Shown: positions 12,830 through 26,334 of the stretch, piece by piece
Layout: each line of letters begins with the position of its first letter
How positions within the stretch are numbered: position 1 is the first letter of the stretch
Assembly: GCF_004010195.1 (NCBI RefSeq)
Contig: NC_057718.1
Coordinates: 17,104,770-17,168,769 of the forward strand
Direction of reading: 5' to 3'
Length of the DNA stretch: 64,000 nucleotides
Origin: Chiloscyllium plagiosum
Lineage: Eukaryota
Notes under the pieces: generated by a model
What the model saw: the letters and a program-made list of their open reading frames with translations, nothing else
What the model was told of the DNA's origin: nothing
The model's database searches: none
Made by a program: the position numbers and the translations under genes

Positions 12830-14140
12830 TGAGACAGCTCAGAAGTTGGGCTGCTCTACCCATTGTGATTATGCTAACTCTTTTTGCAGCACTATCCAAT
12901 TAATTCCATTCCTCTACTCTCGCCTCTTAGTCCTCTAACTGATTTCCTTTCCATTTCTGCCTCCAACATGGAGTTGTTATCCTAATAAGTAGCCTATAAC
13001 TTGGCTCCATCTCAAACACCTTCTGGAAATCCAAATCTATTGCAACCACTGCTTCCCCTTTTATCTTGCTTGGTAGCTCCTCAAAGAATTCTAACAAATT
13101 TGTCAGATATGATATCCCTTTTGTGAAGCTATCCTGACTCTGCTTGTCATGTACATTTCTAAATGCTTTGCTAATGCATTCTTTATGACAAACTAACATT
13201 TCTGAAAATAAAAATGTTCAGCCAACGCCTATAGTTACCTGTTTCTTGCACTGGTGAGCAACAATATAAAATAAAGGAATTAATTTTAAAGGGGGTGCAG
13301 GAGCAGAAAGATTTGGACATATATGTGCACATATCATTGAAGGTGGCAGGTCAGATGCAGAGAACATTAAATAAAGCTACAATGTTCTCAGTTTTATTAA
13401 TTGGGGCATGGAATACAAGAGTAATGAGGTGATGTTGAACTTGTACAAGACACTTGTTAAACTTATTGCGTCAGGTCAAGTCATTAAAGTCCCAGCAAGA
13501 CCATAGGCTGTTCACAGATTTGTGAGAGACAACTGATGGTGAGTTTAACCTGTTGGTCACCACACTTCAGGTGAGGGGGCAAGGTTGAGAAGTTGGGTCA
13601 CTCAGCTGGTGTATGAGGAGGCCTGGCGGAGTTGTATCCCAGGCTGTTGAGGAAATATCCGGGTCCCCAGCAGTAATTCCCAAATCCTCTCTGGCCAGAG
13701 GACTGCTAACATTGTCCCATCATTAAAAGATGGAAGAAGGGTTAGACCAGAAATTACAGGCCAGTCAGTTTAACATCAATATGGAAGAATGATTTGGAGA
13801 TGCTGGTGTTGGACTGGGGTGTACAAAGTTAAAAATCACAACACCAGGTTATAGTCCAACAGGTTTACTTGGAAGCACTAGCTTTCGGAACGCTCCTCCT
13901 TGTCAGGTGGTTGTAGGGAAGAAGTTATTAAAATGAATTCTGAGACAGGATATATTTGCATTTGAAGAGACATGGCTGAGTCAGGGAAAGTCAGCATGGA
14001 TTTGTTAAAGGTAGATCATGTTTGATAACTTTGAATTTTTGAGAAGGTAACCAGGAGTGTTAATAAGGGGAGGGTATTTGATTTGGTGTACGTGAACTTT
14101 AGCAAGGCATTAATAGCCGATGGGATCCAAGACAAAGAGT
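12830..14140. mobile_element. Cluster of CR1 RT fragments in both orientations
   Basis: Minus: FTKGISYLTNLLEFFEE...DLDFQKVF. Plus: 'ccagaaattacaggccagtcagtttaacatca' and 'cagcatggatttgttaaagg'. Confidence 0.75.
13790..13914 (-). mobile_element. PLE terminal-repeat fragment (third family) with degenerate hammerhead
   Basis: Minus strand 13876-13909: CAC-CUGACAA-GGAG(GAGCG)UUCC-GAA-AGCU-A-GUG. Confidence 0.6.
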
Positions 14141-15354
14141 TGCTGCAGCTGCCCCTAGCCATTAGTGACTGATAAACAAGGACAGCCAGATCCCCTTGAC
14201 ACCTTAACAGCATTCCCTTAATAGCATCTCACCGCTTAAAAATATTCTGCCTTTCTGATTTTCTTTCTACAAAAGTGAATAACTTCATACTGAATGTGTG
14301 TCCATTTATCATGTTCTAGACTGTTGACTTGCCCAGCCCTCTTGAAGCCTCCTTATATCTTCCTCATGACTTACATTCCTTTCCGGTCTGGTGTCATCAT
14401 AAAATTTGTGAATGTTACAGTTGGTCCCCACACCCAAATTATTTATAGAGAATGTGAACAACAATGGGTCTCTCACGGATCCTAGTGATACGTTATCAGT
14501 AATAGTCTACCATCCTGAGACTGACTCGTTTATTCTGACTGTCTGTTTACAATCTTTTCAACAATTCTCAATCCTGGAGCTGTAGTGATGTCAACAACTG
14601 CTTCCTGGAATTGTGCCATGAAATCTGCAATCCCAGACCTGAGAGGGCAGATAGGACTTTGGCTTGACGCTATGTGAAAGACTGAGAGCAATAAGTGGTG
14701 GTGCCCAGTGACAATGGAGTGCCATGCATGGCAATGAGATCGAGAAAACTTCAATTCAATGTTTGACACAGATGAAAAGTGGGGGCTTACTGGAGCATGA
14801 GGATGTTGTCATAAAGAATTACATTGCTCTTTTAACAGAGGCATCAACCTTATAAATACATTTCTATTTTGAAATGTTGATATGATGCTGTAAAAACACA
14901 CTTGATGTTTCTACAGGACTAATTGAATAACTTACGAAGAATTACATAAACATCATAAATAAATTTACTTATGTAAATAACTTACATGGGCACAATGGGA
15001 CAAATGGCTTTATTCTTTCTACTTTTTTTCTGTAATACTGTGTTCATTTGCTGCTGATACACAAGCAACAATTTCTAGATTATTAAAAATATGGCAATGC
15101 ATTTACATGATTGAGTAGAGTCAGGAGGTGAGTTACTTAATTTAATATTCCTTGCCTCTGAACTGCTCTCATGACTATAATAATTGTCTTGAGTCCTGTA
15201 CAATTTCTGGGTTAGTGGTAACAATGATGGAATGGATTTCAGTGATGGTTACACCATTGAACATCAAGAGGTAGCAGTTAGATCATCTCTCATTCGAGCC
15301 AGATAGTCATTTGAGTGGCACAAATGTTATTTTGCCACATCTCAGCCCAAGCCT

Positions 15355-15915
15355 GGATATTGCCCTCACTTCCTAAAGCCTATCCACCAAGGCACAAGTC
15401 AGGAGTGTGATTGAACATTCCCCACTTGTCTGTATGAATGCAGCTCCACAAACACTCAAGAAACACGACACCATTCAGGACGAAGCAACTTCCTTGATGA
15501 GCACCACATCCCCAAACATCCACTCCCTCCACCACCGACACTCAGTAGCAGTTGTGTGTACTAGCTCGAAGATTCACTGCAGAAATTCACCAGAGATCCT
15601 TAGATAACACTTTTCAAATCCTGACCATTTCCATCTAGAAGGACAGGGGAAACTGATATATGGGAACACCACCACCTGTAAGTTCCCCTCCAAGCCCCCC
15701 TCCAAGCCATTCACCATCCTGATTTGGAAATATATTGCAGTTGTTTCAGTGCCGCTGGGTCAAAATCCCGGAATTCCCTCCTTAACACCATTGTGGGTCC
15801 ACCTACAACACATGTACTACAGCAGTTCAGGAATACAGCTCCCTATTACAGTCTCAATGACAGCTAGGGACGAGCAATAAAATGTTGGGTCAACCAGCGG
15901 TATCAATGTCCCGGA
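15355..15915 (+). mobile_element. 3' end of CR1-group (Zenon-like) LINE
   Basis: KAQVRSVIEHSPL..MNAAPQTLKKHDTIQD...SLHHRHSVAVVC; same family as 42020-45545. Antisense pieces of the same family at ~15040-15360 and ~830-1240. Confidence 0.8.
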
Positions 15916-16359
15916 AATTACCAGGCTGGGAAAGGAAAAGAGTAGAGCTAAACCCAGGAGAGCTTAGAATCATTTTAGACTGGCTTCAGGAGATTGAAGT
16001 TTCTGCTTAAGGAGCAGTTTTCAATTGTGTTAAATGTAAAAGTACAAAGTTCTGTTCTTTTTAGTTTTAAGTAGAAATTGTGCTTGGTCAAAATTACTTT
16101 TACTTATTTGTTACAGTTGAAGTATGCAAGTTTTTCGGGTCAACCTTTCAGCTGTTCACAGGATTTTTAAATTTGTTTTGAAAGTCATTGAGCTTGACAG
16201 GGGTCAGTCATAACAATATCTTCATATCTTTCTCTTTCCTTAGATTCTGCAAAGTACAATACCAGTTTAACCTGGAAATGAAGGCTGCCATAGTTAAATA
16301 TCAGATTATCAGTTTTGTTTGTTCTGCTCAAGGCAAGAAATCCTTGTGTTTTGTTTCAG

Positions 16360-16525
16360 ATACTGGCCTCTGATAGATAATGGCCTGCGGGAAGCTCTGT
16401 TTCTGCGGAGAGTCAGGGTGCGAATGTTGGTCAGCTGCTGGAAAGGAACCTACTTGCCAATGCTCAACTTCCTATGGTCCCTGAAAATGTTCTGCAGTGA
16501 GCCCATCAACTGCAGCTTCGAAGTG
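16360..16525 (+). CDS. PLD5: PLD5-like internal coding exon C, 166 nt, phase 2/0
   Basis: Acceptor ttgtttcag|A, donor GTG|gtgagt. Encodes YWPLIDNGLREALFLRRVRVRMLVSCWKGTYLPMLNFLWSLKMFCSEPINCSFEV. Phase matches exon B (AG|A = Arg). Confidence 0.92.
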
Positions 16526-18053
16526 GTGAGTGCCGTCCACTTCCAGAGATTTCCTCCTTACTCCATCACTGGTCTTACCTCTAGCTGCTTTGGCTTACTG
16601 TTCTGAAATTACCTCCTCTCTGTCTTGCCACTTCTCTCTCCTCCTCTGTGACACTTTGCAAAGCTGTATGGGTTGGACCAAAGGGTCTGTTTCCATGCTG
16701 TACATCTCTATGACTCTATCTGTGCTAATATCATCTTCTGTGGATGAGTGTCACATTTTGTTTGGGCTTCTTGTCTATGTTAAATATGATATAAAAATGC
16801 AAGTTATGAATGCACAGGACTCAGCGTCCACATGGAATCACCACCTGTTGGATTTTCCACCGAGATAAGGTTTTATACTCAGGGTGTAGATAGAAGTTTA
16901 GCCCAATAGGGGAGCCATTTTAGCATCAGATGGCTGGCAAAAAGCAGGTGATAGTGAATCATTCACCTGTTTTGTTCCTTTTGCAATTTAAGGTCAAGGG
17001 AAAAGAAAGTTCAGTGTGATATGAAGAGGAGAGGAGAAGAATAACTCACTGAGACTAAAATGGCATATAATCTGGCTGCAGGACCAGGTGTCCATTTAAA
17101 CTGAAACGGCTGAAATTTATGAGGCTAACCAGGCCCTGAGTAGGAAGGAGGTGACAGATGGCAAAAAGAGAACTGCCGAACATTTGACAAGGGATTGTGG
17201 GAGCAAGAGAGGAGGAGGAGGACTTGGAGAGAGACAGCAACAACTAAAAATATGAGAGAAGATGATAAGACTAATAGTAGCATCTAAAAGACCAAGAGAC
17301 AGAAAGAACCCAAGATTATCAAGCAGCAGCACCTAAGAGAGCTGTCCAGTCCAGTTCAGTCTAGTCTCTAGTTCCAGAGCAAAATGACCATGTTCTGAGT
17401 AAAGTCAAAGTGTAATGTCACAGGAAAACAAGTAGTTGATTGGTTAATGAGTTTTTTTTTAGTTTTAACTTCTTAAAAACTTGAGAATCTCTGTTGACAG
17501 CCCCAAAATGCTCTGAGAAGATGTGCAAAATGTGTATGTGCAGCATGTCATTCTATTCTGTCTGTTCATATTTATTGTGCTCCTTTGGGTGCTGCTCTGT
17601 ACTGGCAAAGTGTTTCACAGTGTGTTCATGTGCAGAAATCTCCAGAATGTGAACTTTTCTGAGATCTCAAGAGACAAAACCTGAAAACTCAGCTAAGTCT
17701 AGTCTTTGGGAAGTTGTATTAGTAGTAGTTAGGTTTACTCATAATAATAAAGCTTGTTAGAGTGTTACCTGGATGCACACTTCCAGGAAGCAGTGGCACC
17801 ACTTAGGATAGGGCCATCTGATCTGATCCATGGACAGGAATAAATAGCTGCGACTGTGAATGAGGCAGGCTTTGAGATTGAGAAGTGGAGCATCAGCCCT
17901 TGCAATTATCCAACAGGGTTGGGTTCTTACAGTCTGAATCAATTAAAAAGGACATATAGAGCGGATGAGCAAATTTAGCCTGGCATCGCAATACATGAAA
18001 CCGTTCAAGGTAGAAGAATTATTAGAAATGTTTGATAGTAGCAAGGTGCAGTA

Positions 18054-18360
18054 TAGATTAGATTCCGTTCAAGATTAGATTGGATTCCCCTACAGTGTGG
18101 AAACAGGCTCTTCGGCCCAACAACTCCACACCAACCCTCCAAAGAGTAACCCATTTCCCTCTGAATAATGCACCAAACACTACGGGCAATTTAGCATGGC
18201 CAATCCACCTGACCTACACATCTTTGGACTGTGGGAGGAAACCAGAGCACCCGGAGGAAACCCATGCAGATACGAGGAGAATGTGCAAACTCTACACAGA
18301 CAGTTGCCTGAGGCTGGAATCCCTGGGTCCCTGCTAACCACTGAGCCACAGTGCCGCCCC
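18054..18360 (-). mobile_element. HE1 SINE
   Basis: Reverse-complement HE1 with TTAGA tail. Confidence 0.88.
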
Positions 18361-18494
18361 TTGGCACAGTTCCCTGCAGCCAAGAGTATGAATCCAGAAC
18401 AGTCTAGCCTTCCCAGTGCTGAGTTCAGAATGTTTTCTCTGGGCCGAAGAAGAATATACAATGGGATTGAGAAGCCCATGTAGATACCAGTGAC

Positions 18495-18925
18495 ATCGGT
18501 TGAACATTAAAGGCGCATGTAACGAGGGTAACACAATCATGGATGACTTTAATTTACTTATAGAATGGGTAAACCTAATTGTCAATAATACTGTGGAGGA
18601 TGAATTCCTGGAACATATGAGATGTTTTCTAAACCAGAATGTTGAGAATCCAACTCCAGAATGGGCTATTTTAGATCTCATATTGGGCAAGGAAAAAGCG
18701 CTAATTAATAGTTTGGTCATAAATAAGCCTTTAGGGAAAAGTGAGTGTAATATAATAGAATTTTAGATAAAGTTTATAAGTGATATAGGTCAATCTAAAA
18801 CTAGGGCCTTAATTGTAAAGAGGAGATCAGGCATGAGGAGCAAATTGATTACTTTAGATTGAGAAGCTATGTTAAAATGTATGCGACTGGACAAGCAAAT
18901 CTAGAATTTAAAGAATTGATATGTA
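18495..18925 (+). mobile_element. CR1 endonuclease fragment
   Basis: IMDDFNL..EW...EDEFLE...FLNQNVENPTPEWAILDLIL...PLGKSE (APE domain). Confidence 0.8.
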
Positions 18926-20487
18926 GAACTTTGCTTGTGGATTGTGCTCCATAGAACTATTTTGGTAAATTCAAAGGGCCTTAGGTTCCTAATATTTAGG
19001 GTAATGCATTGTTATTTTTATAAAAAGTATTTTTATCCAAACCATTATTAATTAGCTACTTTGAGAAGTTTATAAACACATGGAAGACAGCAATAAATTA
19101 AGTTGAAGAGCTAAAACTAAGTTTAAAAATGATATTTTGCCCAAACAGTAAATCAGTGCACCCTTTGTGGCAGGTTCAATAAAATTGGCGTCTAGAAGTG
19201 AATACAAGTGAATACTAATTCAGTTGAGGGATTAATTGATTAACATAAACTACTTTTATAACCGATTGCATCATGTATTCCTTAACGTTTCTGCTATATA
19301 ATTGTTTAATTGTATTTTTATATAAAGAGAAATGGAAATCAGTATTGTGACTGTGTTGAGCTGCAATTGAGGCATTTCTGACCACCTAAGGCCTAATGCA
19401 ACGCCTTCAATCATCAGCCTTGGCACATTCTTGACTTTGAGTCAGAGGTTACAGGTTACTGTCCCTGGCGTCAGCACTTAGACTAGGCTGATGCTTCAGG
19501 AATACACTGTCTGAGATGCTGTCTTTCATGGGATGTTAAATTGAAGCTGTGACTGCCTTCTAAGGTGAATGTAAAAGATCCGAAGTGTGTTTGAAAGAAG
19601 AACAGCGATGTCTGTTTTGGGCACAATCCTATGATGCCTCTTTTTCTGCCGAAATCAACATTATAGGTGGTGCATGTCCAGCATGTAATGAAGTGTGGAG
19701 TTCCTACCTGCCATATGGAATATTCTGGAGGTTGGTTAGCTAAGTTGGCTGGACAGCTGGTTGTGATGGCAACACTCTTGAGGTTACCATGCCTGTCATG
19801 TCTTCTGAACCTCCCCCCTCACCTGAGGAATGGTGACCCTCCGATTAAACTCATCACCGATGGTCTGTCTGAGAGAGCAGCTCTGTGGTTCTCTGGGATG
19901 ATGGTGACCATACCTTAGGTGCCCATTGAAGATTGAAATACATGAGACATTCAAAGCAAAGCTATAACTTTGGCTAAACAGCATTTACACTATTTCTCCA
20001 GGAGTATTCTCCACTGAAGCTAATGTTAGATGTCAGGAATGCCCTTTATGTAATTTCACAATAGGAATGGCCTACCAAGCAGATACTAAAGGAAAAGAAA
20101 TTGAAGCATTATAAATAGTAATGAAAAAGTTAGGATGATAAAGTTTCAAATGAATCAAATGGCTTTATCTTGACTTTCCTCCTAAAAATTGATTTGTTTT
20201 CCATATCGTTCAGCATCATTTAAAACTTTTAATTGACTCCAGAGAAATAAACAGTGTAGCTAAGCTATAGTTTACTCACTTGGATAATAAACATGTTTTG
20301 TGGAAATTATTAGTTGTTCTTCAGTATCATTACTGTAATGTTGCTAGCGATGGCCTTTCACTTGTATTCAGATGGAATAAGCATCTTGATTTTCTTTACT
20401 CCTTGAATGGAGACAAGAAACAGTTTTACATTCAAAATTGTATTGATGATCCTTTCAAGGTTTCACCCCTGTGCTTATATCTTACAG

Positions 20488-20587
20488 AAATATTATGGAA
20501 TTCCTGCTTCTGAAGGGGATAAGAAGGTCCCATTTTCCAGTGTCAACCGCAACAAATACATGGTGACAGACAAAGCAGCATACATCA
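20488..20587 (+). CDS. PLD5: PLD5-like internal coding exon D, 100 nt, phase 0/1, with degenerate second HKD motif
   Basis: Acceptor cttacag|AAA, donor ATCA|gtaagt. Encodes KYYGIPASEGDKKVPFSSVNRNKYMVTDKAAYI. NRNKYMVTD has Arg in place of the catalytic His, the PLD5 signature. Confidence 0.92.
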
Positions 20588-20826
20588 GTAAGTAACCAAT
20601 CAGCATTTTATCTCTGGGTCTGGAGACAGGTTAGGTTACCAGACTCTGAGCATGAAGCCCAACCACTTGGCAATGACAAAGGAGAGCCCATTGAGAGAGT
20701 GGCCATTTGAAAGGAGATCTGTACACCCTCTTTTTACATCAACGTAGAAATGCCAGTCGACACCCTCACTTGCCTCTGTCCAGGCTAATACCTGCAATCT
20801 CAGTTGTTGCCCACAAATGTATCAAA

Positions 20827-21118
20827 CAGAATCATTGAATCCATGCAGCATGGAAGCAGGCCATTTGGTCCATCAATTCCACACCAAGCCTCTGAAGAGC
20901 ATCCCACCCAGATCCATACCCACTACCCTATCCCTGTAACCCTGCATTTCCCATCGCAAACTCACCTAGCCTGCACATCCCTGGACACTATAATTTAGCA
21001 TGACCAATACACCCAACTTATATATCTTTGGACTATGGGAGGAAACACAGCGCCTGGAGGAAACCCACACAGACACAGGGAGAATATGCAAACTCCTCAC
21101 AGACATTGGCTGAGTCTG
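20827..21118 (-). mobile_element. HE1 SINE (diverged)
   Basis: Reverse-complement HE1 motifs. Confidence 0.8.
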
Positions 21119-23065
21119 GAAAGAAGGCTGGCTCCTTTTCCTAAACCTCTACTATCACAATGCTTTTTCAAACGAAACCTCCCATATACCCCTCTGCTTG
21201 CAACCATTTCCAACTAAGAAAGAACATTGAGGTATTCAGTCCTAAATTCCTTTTCTTCTCAAAGTACATAAGCATTGCTTACCAAGTGCATGTCCAACTC
21301 ACTTATTTAAATTTGTATTACTAGTAAGCATGCTGCAGTTTCCCTCAATGATCTCTCTGCCAGCATTGATTCAACCAACCATATCATCCTCCTCCAATCT
21401 CTCTTTCTGATTTTAACTGGAAGCTTTAAAATAGCTGCTTTAGAGAATAACAGCAACACTGAGTAATTTCTGCTCAGTGTATCCAGTGGTTAACCATCTA
21501 ATGGGCAAAAGTGCTAGGAATAGAAAACGTAGGTAAAGGCTGAATTTGATCTTTGTGTTGAAAGTTAGCAGGTTCCCCTGCAAAGCATCATTTGTGCAGA
21601 ACTGTTCAAATCCTAAATAAAGACTTTTTGGAAGGACAGCTTTGTACGATGAGGCAGTTAATGAATCTAACCCTGATTAGATGATTAATGTTGAAACTGC
21701 TTGACATTGTAACAGGTTCATTGTGCTGTCAATGACTCTCTTAGTGACTGAATCTACTATTACAATGAAGAACAATTGAGGTAATTAAGAGTTATATGCT
21801 AACTGCCTGGGGTGGGGGGGCACAGTGGTAATATCACCAGTGGTTGTGCATCAGATAAATCAGTCTGTAGGCAACATTTCAAATCCCACCATGATAGATA
21901 GTGAAATCTGACTTCAGATGCAGTGATAGTATCTCTATTTCTGAGCTAGGAAGCTCTGAGGTTCAGTCCCACCTGCACTGGAGACCTCTCATAACATGAT
22001 TGAACAGGTTGATTAAATATAAGATGCTAAACATCTTAATAAAGGAGTGAAGCTGGAGGCAATTATATCAGAGCAAAATGCACCAGATTTGACCCTGTTG
22101 GGATACAGAAAATTGTATTATCTATTAACGGATAATAGATAGTTCAGCAAACCAGAATCAACAGATTCAAATGTATACATTTAAATATCTGTACATAAGA
22201 GATAAGGTTTGACAGAATAGGAGGGATAAATCCACAGAAAGGAGAAACTATGCATGGAAGTCCCCAAGTGGCACTCTGATTTGACTTTCTGGTTTGATGT
22301 AGAAGATAAAAGCACTGCTCCAACACTCCTTTTGCTTCTGATAAGAAAGAGGTTGTCTTAAGCACTGCAATCGTTTGCGATTTCAGTTATAATCTGGTAT
22401 TCGCCTAAGCAGAACCTTGCAGGAGTTACACTGGATTTAAAACATTAACTCTTCTGCCAGGCCTGGTGAGTTTCTCCAGTGTGCTCTATTTTACTTCAGA
22501 TTTCCAGGCCCCTCAATTATTAGACGGACAGCCCTGTCTCATCCCCTCCCAACTTATCTTATTCCTGTCAAACTGCAGAGAGTGGAACCTGACACTGGGA
22601 AATCATCCTTACTTCATACATTTGGGGTAGGATTGGACTTGGATCAAAGGGTAAAGGATGATGCTGCCAAGCAGGGCTCTACCTGGCAATCTATCAGTTA
22701 TCAGAAGATTTCCAAAACAATGATGATAAGGATGAAAGATGCACCAAATAATTGTTTCAGTTCTCTTTGATGTTTATTCCGTTGATGCAGCAAAGTGACT
22801 ACTAGGCCAAGAAACTTGAGGTTCATTAATAGAAGCATAGAATATTACAGCACAGAAGAGGCCATTCAGCCCACCTTAACTGTGCCTGCTCTCTGAAAGA
22901 GCTACTTACTTTGAATCCCTTGTTCTTGTCTCATTACATTTTTTAAAATGCTCGTCTCAAGGGTGATATTAAACAGGTGCCCTCTGGTTACTGACTCACT
23001 GGTCACAGGATACTTTCCCTATGTACATTTTGAATCCCTTCACTATTTTTGATGCCACCATCTGA

Positions 23066-23362
23066 GGGCGGTACGGTGGCTCAGTGGTTAGCACTGCTGC
23101 CTCTCAGCACCAGGGTCCCAAGTTCGATTCTAACCTCGGGCGACTGTCTGTGTGGAGTTTGCACGTTCTCCCTGTGTCTGTGTGGGTTTCCTCCCACAAT
23201 CCAAAGACGTGCAGGTTAGATGAATTGGCCATGCTAAATTGCCCATAGTGCTAGATGAATCAGTCAGAGGGAAATGGGTCTGGGTAGGTTACTCTTCAGA
23301 GGGTCAATGTGGATTGGTTGGGCTGAACGGCCTGTTTCCACACTGTAGGGAATCTAATCTAA
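23066..23362 (+). mobile_element. HE1 SINE, full length
   Basis: Box A tggctcagtgg, box B gttcgattc, aatctaatct tail. Confidence 0.9.
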
Positions 23363-23539
23363 TGTGACCTTCACTGTGCTAAGGATAAAGTCTCACTTTC
23401 TCTGCTTATTAATTATGGCTTCTCACTGCTAGGATCACCTTTATGAATCTCATCTGTATGCTCCCAAACTGGGAGATTCTCCTGTCATTATTTTAAGAGT
23501 TGAACCTGCAAAGCCTTTCAATAATTGTTGTAGTTTACA

Positions 23540-23905
23540 GAATATTGAGAGGAGTGGATAGCGTGAACATGGAGAAGATGTTTCCAATCGTAGGGGAGAC
23601 TCTCCCTGGGGAGACATCCTCAAATGGAGGGACGACCCTTTCAAACTGAGATAAGGAAGAATTTCTTCAGCAGGAGAGTAATGAATCTGTGGAACTCCTT
23701 GCTGCAGAGGGCTGTAAAGGCCCAATAGGCCAAGCCATTGAATGTCTTTAAAACAGAGTTAGATAGGTTCTTGATTGGTAGGTGGATGAAGGGTTATAGG
23801 GAAAAGACAGGAGAATGGGGTTGAGAAACATATCAGCCATGGTTGAATGGTGGAACAGACTCAATGGGCCGAAAAGCCTAATTCTGCACCTATGTCATAT
23901 TGTCT
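23540..23905 (+). mobile_element. CR1 LINE 3' end
   Basis: Same family as 505-797. Confidence 0.8.
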
Positions 23906-24712
23906 AACTCTGTGTTATGGTCTAACTGTGTAGGTGGGACCCACTGTGAATGGATTTTATACTGGAGCCCATTTAATTTTAAAAGATCATCAATCAGCTA
24001 CTGTCAATATCTTGCAAAATTCACCTTATTTCAATACCCAAACAGTAGACCTGTCAAAAACTGCGTCTGTGAGGCTGCCAATGAGAGAAGGTTGCTGAAT
24101 TTAACAGCATCCTGTTTTACCTGTTGGTAATCCTCTAATGTTCCTCATCTAGTTATTCTCATCAGAAGCTCCAATATAGCTGCAGCAGCTCTTGACACAG
24201 TCCTCCACTGAGTCCACCAAGCCCACTTTATGGACTGGAAATAGAAAGTGCTTTGAAATTCTGCATTTTGACCTTCACTTAGAAGTCATCAGGATTATTG
24301 GCTGGTGGGAGGAAAATTTAAGGAAAGGAAGAACAGTTCCCATGTTGTGGAAACAAGGTGTTAGTGAATCAACAGCTGTACAACTTCATTAATTTTTATT
24401 TCCATTTATTTACCATGTTGAACACTGTTGTACAACATTAAAATGAACCCCATGGTCTATTAACTCTGGGAAGATCAAATCATTCTTAATCATTCAGATA
24501 AAAGTCTGACTGCAGCTGTCTTTATATTGGTGTTTTTCAAACCAAGGATTCTGCCATGCCTTGCATGTGGGTGAATCACACAGAAAGATAGATATAAAAA
24601 TGGAGAGCAACAATAGGCCATTCAGGGCTGTGAGCCCACTCTGCCATTCCATAAAATCATGGCTGCTGCATCCCTGCTTTCTCACCACACTCCGTGCTGC
24701 CTTTGAAATCTA

Positions 24713-25045
24713 AGCACTATGGCTCAGTGGTTAGCACTGCTGCCTCAGTGTCAGGGATACAGGTTCAATTCCAGCCTCGGGCAACTGTCTGTGTGGAGTT
24801 TGCACATTCTCCCAATGTCTGCGTGGTTTCCTCCAGATGCTCCAGTTTCCTGGCACGGTCAAAGGATGTCCAAGTTAGGTGAATTGGCCATGCTAAATTG
24901 CCCATGGTGTTCAGGGATATATAGGTTAGGTCCGTTAGTCAGGAGAAATATAGGATAGGAAAATGAGTCTGGGTGGGTGACTCTTCAGAGGGTTGGTGTA
25001 GATCTGTTGGGCCAAATGGCCTGTTCCCACACATAGGGATTCAAT
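24713..25045 (+). mobile_element. HE1 SINE nested in antisense CR1 3' fragment (~24590-25410)
   Basis: HE1 motifs; CR1 tail continues on both sides. Confidence 0.82.
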
Positions 25046-26334
25046 GAAACTATGAAATCTCTCTCTTCCTTGAATATATTCAGTGACTTGACTTCCACAG
25101 AGAATTCCAAAAAATAACTACCCTTGAGTGAATCTGTTTCCCCCATCTCAGTACTAAATGGTTTATCCCACATCCTGAGTCTACGTCCCCTGGTTCTGAA
25201 CTCCCCAAACAGGGGAAACATCCTCCCTGGATCCAGTCTGTCCAACTATGTGAGAATTTTATGTTTAAATCCGATCCTGTCTCATCCTTACAAACTCTAA
25301 TGAATACCAGCCAGTCTCTCCTCATACAACAGTCCTGTCACCCCAGTGAACCTTTGTTGCACCCCCTATGGTAAGTATATCCTTGCTAAGGGAGACCAAA
25401 ACTGGCATTTCATTGTACTCAAGGACTTTGTTGATGTCCCCTGTTGATCACTTCAGTACCATTAAGCCCATCAAGTGTTGGCTGTAGCTCAGTGAGCAGG
25501 TTGGTCATCTTTTGAGTCAGAGGATATGGGTTCAGGTCCACTCTGGAGAACACACAGATAAAGGTGGATACTCTCAATGTAGTACTGTGGACGTGATGCA
25601 TTGTTAGACATGCTGTCTTACAGATAAAATATTAATCATGGAATTGCTACAATGTGAGAGCAGGCTATTCACCCCCTAGAGTTCATACTGACCCCCCCAA
25701 AGAGCATCCCACCCAGATGCACAACACCCCCCCCCCCCACCAAATTCTTACATTTCCCATGACTAATACACTCAGCTTGCATATCCCTGAATAAATTTTA
25801 CATTGCCAATCTGCCTAAACTGTATATCTTTGGACTGTGGGAGGAAACTAGAGCCTCTGTGGTCACTATCACACTGCTGCCTGTGGGACAAATTGTGCAT
25901 AAATTCACTGTGATGTTTTCTTTATTACTACCATGCTCAGGCTTCAGAAGTGCCTCATTTAGCTATAAAGCATCTTTGGATGCCTCCAGTGTGTGAAAGG
26001 TGTGATATGCACAAGTTCCTTTTTCTTTCTAGTCCCTTAATTTCAGTCAGTCAATGTACAATATTCATTCAAGTGTTATCTTACCTCTGCAATGTGGAGC
26101 CTGTCTCCGTCAGACAGCGAGAGCTGAATACAAACTCAATAGTTTTGAGAAATGAGCCTCTGTAATTGAGAACAAATCCCAGTCAGATTTGAAAGGTGGT
26201 TGTCTTTTTCATAGGCACGATTACTGTTTCCTTCTTGTTCCTTGTCCTGTGCTTGGTGTCTGTGCTGGACATCCATGGCTTCAGACAGTGACAAGTTTTC
26301 ACCTTTCCTGACCCGAGTTGTATTGAAGCACATT

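Noticed and set aside
23066..23140. tRNA-like sequences with box A/B
   Set aside because: SINE heads continuous with SINE bodies; no complete cloverleaf.
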